DNA from: Lingula anatina
Lineage: Eukaryota > Animalia > Brachiopoda
Length of the DNA: 64,000 bases
Assembly: GCA_051362555.1 (NCBI GenBank)
Contig: CM120640.1
Span: 62,040,788 to 62,104,787, forward strand
Reading direction: 5' to 3'
The notes beneath the pieces were generated by a model that had not been told where the DNA came from, made no database searches, and saw only the letters and a list, made by a program, of their open reading frames with translations. Position numbers and translations under genes: made by a program. Below are positions 16,579-28,006 of the stretch, piece after piece; the stretch's first letter is position 1, and the number at the start of each line of letters is the position of its first letter.

Positions 16579-19500
16579 ATGGAATCCTGGGGTATCCTGT
16601 GTGCAGTTGCCTTGCTGTGTATATTGCCAACAGTCCATCCTGAGAAGAAATTGCTATGTTACATGACAGAAGGCGACGAATGCGGTCCTCACAATGGCAA
16701 ATGTTACGTGTCATTCAATGGAACACACGTTTTCATCTACCATAAAAACAAGGAGTCGCTAGAGTTCAGCATGGAACTTTCAAGAAACGACTCAAACTCG
16801 AAAATCTCAGCGTGTCCGTTTGACGAAACAACGGAGACATGTTTTATACGCACCACCACTGTACAGGAGGGCGCTACTGATCCAGACTTCTACATCTACA
16901 ATGGCACTTGGGTTGAAAAGTATGAAGGTGCATTTGATTATAAGGACTGCCCATGTGACGGCTATCATAATTATGAGAAATCTTACAGGTTCTATGGCTT
17001 AAAAACGTCTTACAACCAAGTTTACTGGGCACATTACGATGTAGCCGATGCTCCACCGGACGCTGGTACCAGAGCCAACGAAACCATTCCAGGTACCGCT
17101 CAGATACATAGTGGACACTTTTATTCATTTGCCTACGTGTAGACTTAATTTTCGTTAAATTTTACAATTGACGTCAAAATATATTTGAATAATATACACT
17201 TGACGTCAAAATATATTTGAATAATATATTTCAATCCTTTATTCAAATTTTTGAACATTAATTTTTAGCATGCTGCTGATTTTTGATTAGTCAAGTTTCA
17301 TTTCATTATTTCAGCAGGTTCATGTTTCATCTAAGAATTTCCCTTAATTCTTGACTTCACAAAATAAAGTTATATGTAATCAACTTAAAGGATTATACAT
17401 GTATACAAATGTACCTGTTTATTGATATTTTAGATATTTTAAAATGTCTCTTCTCACATTAACCTTATTCTCAAACTGCTTATTGATATTGCTCATTCAC
17501 CATTTGTCATTTCCTTTGTAATATTCAAAACCATTTATTGAGATTCCATCAGATTCCATCATATTGTTCTGCCAGTGGTCTTATGAGTGTCATTGAACCA
17601 TCCATGCACTTTAATGCAACACATAGCCTATATAGTAGGACTATAACATGTACTATTTGTTTGTCTTTTGAACACTATTTTATCAATTCTGAGGAAAAAT
17701 AATTTTCAGTTAATTTCATTATATTTCAGGATGTGAACCCGCATTCGTTTGGTATCTGGGTAGAGAAGCGGTGGAATACCCTCCCTCTGATCTAATCTCG
17801 AAAATGATAAGGAAGCTACCGACCATACGAGACACAATTCTTAAAGCCGAGCCTGCAACGCGTTCTTTTGAACAAGAGGCCAATCCTGATAACAGTAAGC
17901 ATGCTGTAATTTTTTTTACAGTTCAAAGTATTTATATTGCACTTTCTTCACAAAGAATTCTATCTGTGTATTTCTTTGAATTTCTTACAAAGATTTTTGT
18001 TTAAACTGCTTCTCGTTATATTTCTGCATACTTTGCAAATACTGAATAACGGGTTCAACGCGAGTTCAATAATTTAGTAATAGAAGCTATATTAAACCTA
18101 AACGTGACTACATCACGTGCATGCACGGCTCGCTCTGATCTAGTCCTCAAATCGAATTTGTTCCACGGGTTCTGTTCTGTGCAGGACAAGAACCTCTCGA
18201 TCCAGTTTCGATCTAAACGCAAGAATAGAGCGGTGACTAAAATGTTCCCTCCTCCAAACTGCCCACTGCAATAATGAGCATGACGCAAATGCTACACGCT
18301 GTTTGATGGCATAATGGCTCACTGTGAGCCAGGTGCAAGGCCCGACAGCAAGCAGTGCGTGAATGCTGGCACTACGTAACGATAACATGCCTGTTTATTG
18401 ATATTATTGACATTGTTCGCGTGCGATTATCACGACTGTCAGTTTTGCAATCGAATTTGGTCCCTGGGTTTCGCAATCAAAACTGAGAGTCGTGATAGCC
18501 GTTCACAAACAACTATGTTTTCATGTTATTTCTTGACTGCCTGAATGGCTGTTATGCCATCTATATTGAAAAGTAAATCATGCTTGCATACTTGTAAAAT
18601 GTCAAACAGCTTGTTGTCTTGCAAGCCCAAGGGCACCCAATCTATCGTGTAAATTAAAACACGTTTATAATATCGACGAATATCGGCGAATCCCAGGGAG
18701 CACAGTGGGCTATGTACCCCCTCCCCTTAGCTTTTACCACTCTTCTTCCCACATCAAAAGCAGTATAACAACCAAAATGAGACAAAACCAAGCAGTTGTT
18801 CCTTCCCTGTGCCCTATAAACCCCAGTAGAACATATAACAACTATATAATAGTTGCCGAGAGATGCGAGATTGAAAAAAAACTTGCGCTCAAAGTGAAGA
18901 ACCATCTCAAGTTATTTTGCAACAGCTGCTTTTTTTTTTTACTTTATTTGATTACATATCTAGGTAAGTGGTCATTTTCATTTCAGATACCATGTGCTGG
19001 GTGGACCTGGAAAGATTGAGGGCATGGACGACCCTACAGAAACCCAGGTTCGTTGACAAACCTGGAAATAAGGCTGTTGATGTTCAGTATGGAGGGAAGA
19101 TTACGTACGATCAAATATGGCATCTTTTTCAGATAGGTGAGCAATCGTAATCTATCGATGCGGAGAAGCCATACATATTCTGGCAACATCCGCGGGTACC
19201 TTCTGCATATTTTTCTTGACGTTAGGAAAACTGGCCATCCCCTATATTTCAAATCTTAAGTACATGTATTTTAGATATTACAGGACTGTTTCAACAATTA
19301 TTGACTCCAACCATTTTGTAAAAATGTGACGAGCAAGAATCCAACCGACAGCTGGGCTGCGTAACTCACTGTCTTGGTCTTTTGAAAATTTTTTTGAAAG
19401 TTGATTAGGAAATCTAGAAATGCTGTTTATTTTGCTTCAAAAATTGTGTAGACGAACATGAAGTATGATTTTATTGAAAAAAAAAGACGTTCAAAACATA

Positions 19501-22500
19501 AATAAGCAGGGGCAGTTACTGCAATAAAGCGCCAAGTCTTTGAAGTTCAATTTTGCCATAATAGATGGTGTGTGAAATTGGCACCGTTAAGTGTCCACTC
19601 AAAGCAGACTTGTCCCGCGTTCGTTCGTATTAGATAAAGTGTAACAGTTATTTGATCCCTCCAGGATAGCTGTATTTTACAGTAAAACTGACAAAGTTAG
19701 CTTCTCAAACGAATAGAGAGTGGGATTAGTTCACGTCACCAGAGATATGCAAAATTTAAAAAGTGATCTTTAGAGTAACGCCGCAACTTACATACCTAAA
19801 TGTGTCTTTTCACATTTCATTTTATTTTGATTTTACTAGGATTGAGACTCAGAAACCGGTTTCCAAAGCTGCTTGCTTCATTCAACAGGACACTTTTCAA
19901 CTTCAAAACCGCTGATGTGGAAAATATACGGGATAGTGGATTGGAAGTTGGGGCAGGCGTTTTTAATGTCACAGGTAGAATCTTACTTTCAATCGTAGTG
20001 TTTTTTCACGTAAATTTATGCGTTCCAGGAGAATAATTTTATTGAGTTAAGGCTTCAAAAACAGCGTTAAAAGATACACATGTAATCAACTTACTTTTTC
20101 CAGGTCTGTGGTTTGTAGAAAAGGATAGAAATCGGCGTAAATTTCTATCAAAAGTTCCCTTCGAAGCTGTGGGTCAGTCAGCTGATCACCTACTGTCTTA
20201 TCACACCAGTTGTTACAAATATTTTAAGGTAAATACAAAAATATTGTATTTTTTATGATGTTCTCTGAAAACTTAATACGTGTCGCCTAAGTTTGCTTTT
20301 AAAGATAAGAATCAATTTTTACCGTTTTTAATTGATGGTTCGATTCTCTAACTATAATTCATGTACAGATTCTAAGTGGGTTAATGTCTGCTTAATTGCC
20401 ATTTGTTCTTTGCATTTCGTTTAAATTTCAATTACGGAAGCGATTATGCAGATAAACACAGATATCCCATTTCCAACTGTTTAAGCCAAATCTGTTACGT
20501 TACTACTGAACTTGAGCAAGATTTGATTGTCAAGGCTTGCAATTAGTGTATATCTTATTTTTAGTTGATACATTGGACTAAATCGTTTTTCAACCCCTTG
20601 AGCGTAGCTGTAGGTCAAATCATGGCTAGATTAATTAATGAATGCTCCACCCTATTTCGTGCTAATGGTTACATATATATGGAATCGTGTCTCCAATCTT
20701 TTGTTAGACGTGTAATGCACTAATCAACCGAAATGTAGTCAATGTACCGTGTTCTACTGTCGTGATCTTTAGTTTATCCTAACACTGTCTGTCGCTATCT
20801 ACTGGGTAGGCAAACTGATTATCGACTCCTATACAACGTCCAGTCAAGTTTAGTCGAGGATATTCAATTACAAATTGAGGCATCCAGACTGACGGTCTTT
20901 CTTGTCAATTTAAATAGAAAAAGCACCCATTTTCCATTAAGAGTGCCTGGGTGATAATTATAAGTTCATGTGGGAAATAAAAGAAACATCAATTTGCCCT
21001 TGCAAGTAAATACCTCCGAATAACACTACATACTCACACAGACATCCACAATTAAGTTGCTTTCTAGTAGTTTAGCTGTTAAACAAAGTATATTATGGCG
21101 TGCGTTATACTTTTTACAGCTGTAATTCCACCGCTAGCTAGCTCAGGGTATCGCTCATATAATTGTAAATGCTATCCCCTCTTTTTAAGCAATCAAGCTA
21201 TGTACAACAGGAGGAGAAATTTATGAACAGTGTTCCCGTTCAAAGGATGATACAAGGTCTGAAAAAACGACTGGGACTGAAGCATTTATCGTTCGGTAAT
21301 ATCACTCTTCTTTTATGTATTTAATTATAAATGAAGACGGGGAATAAGATCTTTGAGTCACACATCATAACAACTGTAGTATATATACATATTTTTTGGA
21401 GGGGGGTGGAGGGTGGCAAATCTTAAAATAAAGTTTTGTCGTCATTTTTAGAAAAAAACTAGGATAACTCGATTCAAATACATGGAATTAAAAACTGTAA
21501 ATTGCAGGCATTGTGAACAATAATTGTAAATATTAAATATCATTTCAAAGGTGACGCAAGATTAGCATATGAAGCCTGTCGTAGTGAGGATGTGTTGTAT
21601 GAGAAGGGGGGAGACTATGGGCCGTCTCCATGGTGTGCGATTTTTACCGAAGAAGACCTCAAGGTGATGGAATATATGGAGGATTTAGTAACGTACGCCA
21701 AAGTTGGCTATGGCAGAGCCATAAACCAACTGATGACTTGTGAATTAGTCGATGATTTGGTTACCTATGTGGAGTAAGTATACTTTGATCGAATCAAGTT
21801 GTGGCTTGTACCTGTTTTTTTTTTTTTTTAGACTGAGATATTTTTATATCGAGTTCAGCAAAATAATAAATAAAAAAATTAACAGCGCAATTGTGCACAC
21901 CATAAATATAGATCTGTAACCAATTCCAAACTACACAAATATGGCACTCTAAGAAATGGTCATATTTGAGAAAATTAATCAACTAGTTTGGTAGTATTAA
22001 AAGATCTTCAAGACGCCAGCTTAATTCGCATTATAATCTTATTTCAGGCAAGTCAAAGAAGGAAAGATAAACATGAGTGGAGTATTCCGGTTTGCGTCAA
22101 AAGATGTGCTTCTGTCTTTCTTCACAGTAATGGGCCTTTTCAAGGACAAGTTGGCCCCGGTAGCTGGAAACTACGAGACGCAAAGAGATCGCAAATGGCG
22201 AACAAGCCTTATTGCTGGTTTTGCTTCCAACCTTCAGGCTGCCCTCTATACTTGTCCCATGGATCCCCAAACCAATAAAACAAAGGCATACGTTCAAATA
22301 ATGGTTAATGAGAAGGAAAGATTGTTCCCAGGTTGTGATTCAGCTTTCTGTGATTATGATATTTTCTACAAAAAACTGAAGCCTTTTGCACAAGCTTGCG
22401 ACTTTCAGAGGATATGTGGAGATATTGAAGTGTCTTGGAGAAGGAGCGCCGGTTTTTCTTTACATGCTTCTGCTCAAAATGCCATGTATTTGTTGATGGC

Positions 22501-22543
22501 TGTACTTACATACATCTGCATCTTCAAAAGCCATCAGGTTTAA
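16579..22543 (+). CDS. MINPP1: Multiple inositol polyphosphate phosphatase 1-like protein (histidine acid phosphatase fold), ~637 aa, 8 coding exons; catalytic motifs degenerate (probable pseudophosphatase), extra N-terminal Cys-rich module, GPI-like C-terminus
   Basis: Exons 16579-17092, 17730-17894, 18987-19136, 19840-19974, 20104-20228, 21190-21295, 21551-21773 and 22048-22543 (1914 nt, GT-AG, phases compatible). MINPP1 hallmarks: YGLKTSY, GCEP, MCWVDLERLRAW, GLRLRNRFPKLL, DHLLSYHTSC, SPWCAIFTEEDLKVMEYMEDL..Y.K.GYG..IN...TC.L..D, MGLFKD, RKWRTS..AGFASNL...LY.C, VQIMVNEK..FPGC...CD, CDF..IC. Confidence 0.9.
17168..17229 (+). repeat. 32-bp tandem duplication, each copy carrying a palindromic CRE (TTGACGTCAA)
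   Basis: ttgacgtcaaaatatatttgaataatata at 17168 and 17200. Confidence 0.8.
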
Positions 22544-23342
22544 GTCATCGAAAACAACTTAAAACTTCAACGGCCATTAATTAGTTTAACTTGTGGTCGG
22601 GTATGACTTTTCAATGGATGTCATAATTATGCAACATGCAAATAAAGACTGATGACATTAATATAGTGTTAAGGATTATGGACCTAGGTGCTAGCAATTA
22701 ATGTTAAATGAAAACCCAAATATCGTTGAACGCCTACTACCACGTAAATGTTGGTCTTTCCTTATACACCAGTATTTAGATGTACTAATGGATTATTCAA
22801 GAGCATAAGCAAAAACACCTTTTTCATGATGATATTTTCCTCTTTAAAGAAAACATGAAACTGAGTGCCTTCTTCTGGCAAGCGCTCTTCTTAAAACCCT
22901 TATGATTGTCATCAGTATGTCAAGTGTTACGCTCGTGTGACATGGATTAAATTTGGTATTTCCTCAAAGAATAATTATGTTCTTTATAAAAATCTAATAA
23001 CCTGTCTATTATAGTCACTAATGTTTAAGTCATTTATTGGTTATCAGAATGGCCACAAATTAAGTAGCTGATATGTCCATGTGCACCTGTCTATCATTAG
23101 TAGAGCACTTTGAGATGCTTAATGCAGGTTTCGTAAAAATACTGTTGATTAATTTGGCCCATTTTGATTGGATGTTACCTAATTCAAGATTTACAATAAT
23201 TTATTAAGATGAAAATGCTTGTTTCGAGCGTCGCCAATAGCATAATTCAAGTTTTTTTTTTCAAAATCGGTCAACTGTAAATAACATAACAATGTGCAAA
23301 CAACATTGGCCATTTCCTCACAGCAGAAGGTGCGTGCAGCAC

Positions 23343-23435
23343 TGACGTCACCGAAACCGCTTCTAGGTCATGTGGTCAGCCAATGTGGTGATGGGGCTAC
23401 ATATATAACAAACTCCCAGAAAGCTTGGTCAAATA
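23343..23435 (+). promoter_or_regulatory. Candidate TATA promoter with palindromic CRE and CCAAT box
   Basis: TGACGTCA at 23343-23350, CCAAT at ~23380-23384 and TATATAA at ~23403-23409, followed by a possible short 5'UTR intron (donor ~23473, acceptor 23545) and a signal-peptide ORF. Confidence 0.55.
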
Positions 23436-23591
23436 ATAGAGAAATTAACAAAAGAGGGGCATCTGCAGTGAGGTATTCCTGTTATTCGCCCTAGTCTTTC
23501 TCAACATCTTCAAACCGCCAAAGAAAAAAGTATTTACTTTTCTAGTAGTCGACAAACCATATTTGCAATGAAGGCGATGCGCTCGGTGAAA

Positions 23592-25864
23592 ATGAGGCAG
23601 ACAGAGTCGATAGTATTGATGTTGTTATTTTCCAAAGTGGTACTGATTGGTGCACACCCATTGCCATCAAATCCAGAACACTTTTACAATGGCATTCCTC
23701 AAGAAACGTTTCAAGTATTCCTTGCAGATGGAAGAAGACAAATAATTGAAACGGCAGACAAAACGGAGCAAGGTGGGTTTGGATCATTTTCTATTATTAT
23801 TTTTTTTTGTCATAACTCCGTTATGAATGTTATCTGCACGTGATCACTATACATTGAATGCGCAGAGATGGTGCAGTTGGCATTCAGGATAAGTTAAAGT
23901 AAACGCATTAACAATCCGTTTTCATGAAGTATTTCACGCGAATAATTCACACAACTACCAGTCTTGAAAAGCGCCGAAAATGCCGGATTGATGATAAAGA
24001 GGGCAAGATGCTCGTGGTTCTATGCTGATAAGGTTTAAGTACTTATAATTGGTCACCCCATCGTTTTAAAACATTGTACTTTAGTATGGTAGCTTTCGCA
24101 GACATACTTTCAGTCATAGCGGTTAATGGGAACACATTAGAGAAAACGACAGAAGAATACCTATAAGCATGTCACGAAAAAAACTGCAAACACCTATACA
24201 TGGGTCACAATAATTGCCAAAATCGAATTAGCTCTTTTTTTTTTCATTTCCTGATTAAATGTTGAATCTTAACCCGCAGAGAATTGTTATTGAACAACTC
24301 TCCCCAACTGGGATAATCAAATGCCATGTTAAGGATACATGTAAGTCAAAGAAGCGTACGGTTTTTGTTTGCGAAGTGGGCGCTATTCGCATCTACATAT
24401 TATTGAATTACTCATTTTACTTAGAAAAAGAAAGAAGCAACCCCACTAAACCACATAAAAACAGATAATGCATTTGATCAAAGTACAGCCCATATGTCGG
24501 TTGACTGCCAAGCATTTTATTTGGAAGTTTGTGTTATGTAAAACAACAACTTTCCAAATTTGATGAAGTGATAACGGCTCAATGTATTTATTACATACTT
24601 TTGAGGTAAAATGAAATACACTTAAGAATCATCTGAAATTCTCCCGCCTTCTCATAAACCTGATGACCATATCCTAATCAAAGGGCTATTTAAAAAGCTC
24701 ATGCACATATAAAAACATGGCCCATATATAATGTATAGTACTGTACATATCTCTTGAAAGTGTTTCATAGTTTTATGAGACCCTAACGGTTCAAAGAACA
24801 CGGAAATCCACTTTCTTTAACGGTGCTTTGATTTCAACTATATTTGCAGTAAAAACACCTCCAGATTCCAAATTGATATCCTATTCTTAAGGCACTGGCC
24901 AATAGAGAATTACATCATGTAAATAACTGCAAACAGACACGAGTTTTGTGTCCTGTGATAGTGATGTGATTTCAGCGGCGGGTCTAGGACATCTGAAAAG
25001 AAGAAAAGCAGATTTTGCACCACCCCCCCCCCCCCCCCCAATTAAAATAGTTTTATTAGCGCAGTACTTTTGAGAGCTCGGAACTGCCTCTTTGCTCCCC
25101 TGTTGGAGAAGACAATGGGGGTGGATAGACAGACCATCATGTTTTGGAAAAAGGCGAGCTACATGTACCTATGGGTTTTTATCTATTTTATATGAATATA
25201 TCGAATGACCAGTGATATGACATGAATTCGAAATGATACAATCGTTGATCATCAAATGCAAATCTGTTGGTCATGTTTTCAATGTAGAGCTCCTGTTACA
25301 CTTGGCTTGCAGCCTCTTGCAGAACGTATTTTGTGTCATTCTCAAGGGTTGTAACACTGTAAGCAACGTGATAGCCAAGACTGAGATTTATTGGGAAGGT
25401 TGTATTTCCTGTGTTGTAAACTTGATGGGCACAATACGGCTGAAAATATGCATATGTAGACACCCAACAATAACCTAAACTCTTTGAAAACTAATTGCTG
25501 GACAAATAACGCCCTATTCAAAGGTGGGGTTCTTCATTGTCATTAAGGCATTCATGTGTAAATTATCTTTATTCCAATAGTCCTTAGTAGTTTACAATAT
25601 ATCTTAGAGGTAGATTATTAGAATGTTTTAAAGCTACTAAAAACATAGCTTATTTTGTTTTTAATGATGGTTGCAGACAATTACCAAGGCCAGATACCAA
25701 GACCTGCTCCTCTCAAAGATCTCGTGTTTTCACGTGCACGGCGAATGTGGAACAAATCCAGAAGTGGCAACCAAAGCTCACGGTGTCGGCTGTGGCTCGA
25801 AGGCGGAGCAGCAGGATTTTTCAAAATTGGCTTCAAATTATGCGACCACTTACTAACTGTCTGA
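23592..25864 (+). CDS. Candidate orphan secreted prepropeptide (~166 aa, 4 exons) with basic cleavage sites and two Cys pairs
   Basis: Exons 23592-23772, 23962-24032, 24280-24340 and 25677-25864 are GT-AG and phase-compatible (501 nt). Signal peptide MRQTESIVLMLLFSKVVLIGA-HPLP, then ...MIKR|ARCSWFYADKRIVIEQLSPTGIIKCHVKDT...FSRARR|MWNKSRSGNQSSRCRLWLEGGAAGFFKIGFKLCDHLLTV*. Exon 1 is well supported; the downstream exon choice is tentative (weak acceptor at 23961). Confidence 0.5.
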
Positions 25865-26366
25865 AATATTTTTTTCTTTTGTAAACTGCATCACAGTAGA
25901 AGACCTTGATACGTTAACTTTTTTATTATTATTACCAAACTTGCAACCTGAGGGTTGGATAATTACAATCATTGCATCATAGTTGAATAAAACCACTAGT
26001 GAGTAAGAATAAAGGAATATTAAAACACATATGTAAACAAATTTAAAACACAATAACTAAAATGCAAGGTTAAAAAAGAAATAAAAGTGTATCAGTTAAT
26101 TTTGAACTTGTATATCTCACTTGTTATAAGTCACTCATTGATCGTTTGGTTTTAATTTCAGGTCTTTTGAATGTCTCCTGTTCCCTTAATGAATATGCCC
26201 TCACTACAATACGATTAGGCAGAAATAAATTAAGACATTTTATTATACAAAGCCAAGTGTCTTTAAATTAATTAAATTACTATCACTTAACAATGTATCA
26301 CAATTAAACAATTTGGGAAAATACCTGAAATGTGCATCGGAACTAAGATTAATGTCAATCTGGTTA

Positions 26367-26411
<45 letters not shown>

Positions 26412-26425
26412 GTTGTTGTTGTTGT
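26367..26425 (+). repeat. (ATT)n/(GTT)n microsatellite
   Basis: Directly visible. Confidence 0.9.
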
Positions 26426-26790
26426 TTGTATCAGTAGTAGTTATTGTAGTCATGGTAGTTGATTAGATATAACTTTATATTGTCACTGTTTTATATTCTG
26501 ATGAGCGGTAGGGCTTAAAGGTTTAATAAATTGAAATTGAAATTGAATTGACATTTTGTTTTGGTTGTAAAAGATAATGCAATCTATGATCCGGTTCATT
26601 TGATATACTAAAAAACAATTTTTTGCATGCATTGTACTTACCACCTCAGTCATTTCTAAAATGATTAAAAATGATAATCTCTTTATTAATTGTCTTTTAA
26701 TTTTTCATATCTGTCAACGCCAGAATTAAATGTGATTTATACATTTCTTTGTATTTTCATTATACTCATCTTTCTACTTTGGTGGTTTAA

Positions 26791-27132
26791 AGGGATAACA
26801 ACTGTTCATATAAGATTCGAAATTCCACAATAAATACATTGTGAGCCACATATACAATAACGTAATTAATAATATAAATAATAATGTAATATAATGTAAT
26901 AAATATCATTTTACCTCCAAAACGGCGGTTATCGCGATTATTCTGAAATTTTGGTTTTCCAACGCCCCACGCGGACCTTCGTAGATGGCTAACCTCTGTA
27001 ATTATCTCTTAAGACATTTAAAAAACAATCGCCTTAGTTTGAATGGATTCAATAACCATTGGTAAGTATGGGAACTTTACTCCAGGAAAACCCCTTTTAC
27101 TCTTCCCGCCTAAACGAAGAGTTGTTATCCCT
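26791..27132. mobile_element. Non-autonomous TIR element with TTAA target duplication and AGG termini (Kolobok-like)
   Basis: Perfect 18-nt inverted repeat tttaaagggataacaact (26786-26803) / agttgttatccctttaaa (27120-27137), with TTAA on both sides. Confidence 0.7.
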
Positions 27133-28006
27133 TTAAATACCGGTAGATAAAGAGCTACAGTTAAAAAATGATTGTTATCCCCTTGCAGCCGAAAGACGCT
27201 ACGCACTTTAGAATGGTAAGTAAGCCATACGGCGCGGTTATACCGCTATAATACACAGTGAGGATATCAACATATGGCCCATCATTCTTTTTACAGTCAT
27301 TTGGATCCCGAAGCGCGGGTCCGGATTTATGTGTAAGCAGGCTCAGCACGCGTAATGATCCGGGCACCAAGCTACCAGAGTAAGAAATATAGAAAATAGA
27401 GAAAATTTGATAAACATTATATTTAGGCGGCAGAGAGAACAGAACAAAATATCGAAGGATATATGGGAAGCATAAAGCAATGGTATTTTAAATGTGCAAA
27501 GCATGCCTGCAACAAGTTACGTGTATAAGGGCTAAATGTCGAAGCATATACCTAAAGACACCATTTTCAGTAATTTGATTTTAAATTTCTGTCAACTGCT
27601 CTTGAATCAATTGAAAAAACAACAACAAAGTCGGGAGATGATGCGCTTAGTGCAGTAAATAATCAATAATTTGACATAACTGTTTCTTGCTGGGATGGCA
27701 ATATTCATGTCAACACAACTGGAACTCTTTGACGCACCAAGCCACATCCTTGAAGGTGAGAAGGTGAAACCAATTCAATCCACAAGGAAACCAATTGAAG
27801 TAAAAATGATCATATGAAATGTGCTCCTTTCAGGCCCTGCCTCATCGGGAGTTTCTTTTGCACAAAATTTTTTAAATAACAGTTTTTTGAAATAATAAAA
27901 GCTCTATCTTAAAGAGCCGGTAGACAGCTGGTTCCGATCTTTATTTTAAGGCTTGAAATTTATTTTGTTTTCATCTAGGATATATCTGTAGTATCACTAA
28001 AATTAT

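Noticed and set aside
18049-18505. GC-richer intronic block with internal repeat (aatcgaatttg..ggtt) and weak terminal inversion
   Set aside because: Probably an old TE, but I could not define TIRs or a TSD well enough to call it.
25190-25440. Minus-strand exon-like stretch with several N-glycosylation sequons (PYCAHQVYNTGNTTFPINLS...)
   Set aside because: It has an in-frame stop, no donor or partner exons, and no recognisable family.
27161-27370. Cys-containing minus-strand ORF as a possible third Ly6 exon
   Set aside because: It lacks the CYxC and CCxxxxCN patterns and lies in TE-like sequence adjacent to the TTAA element.
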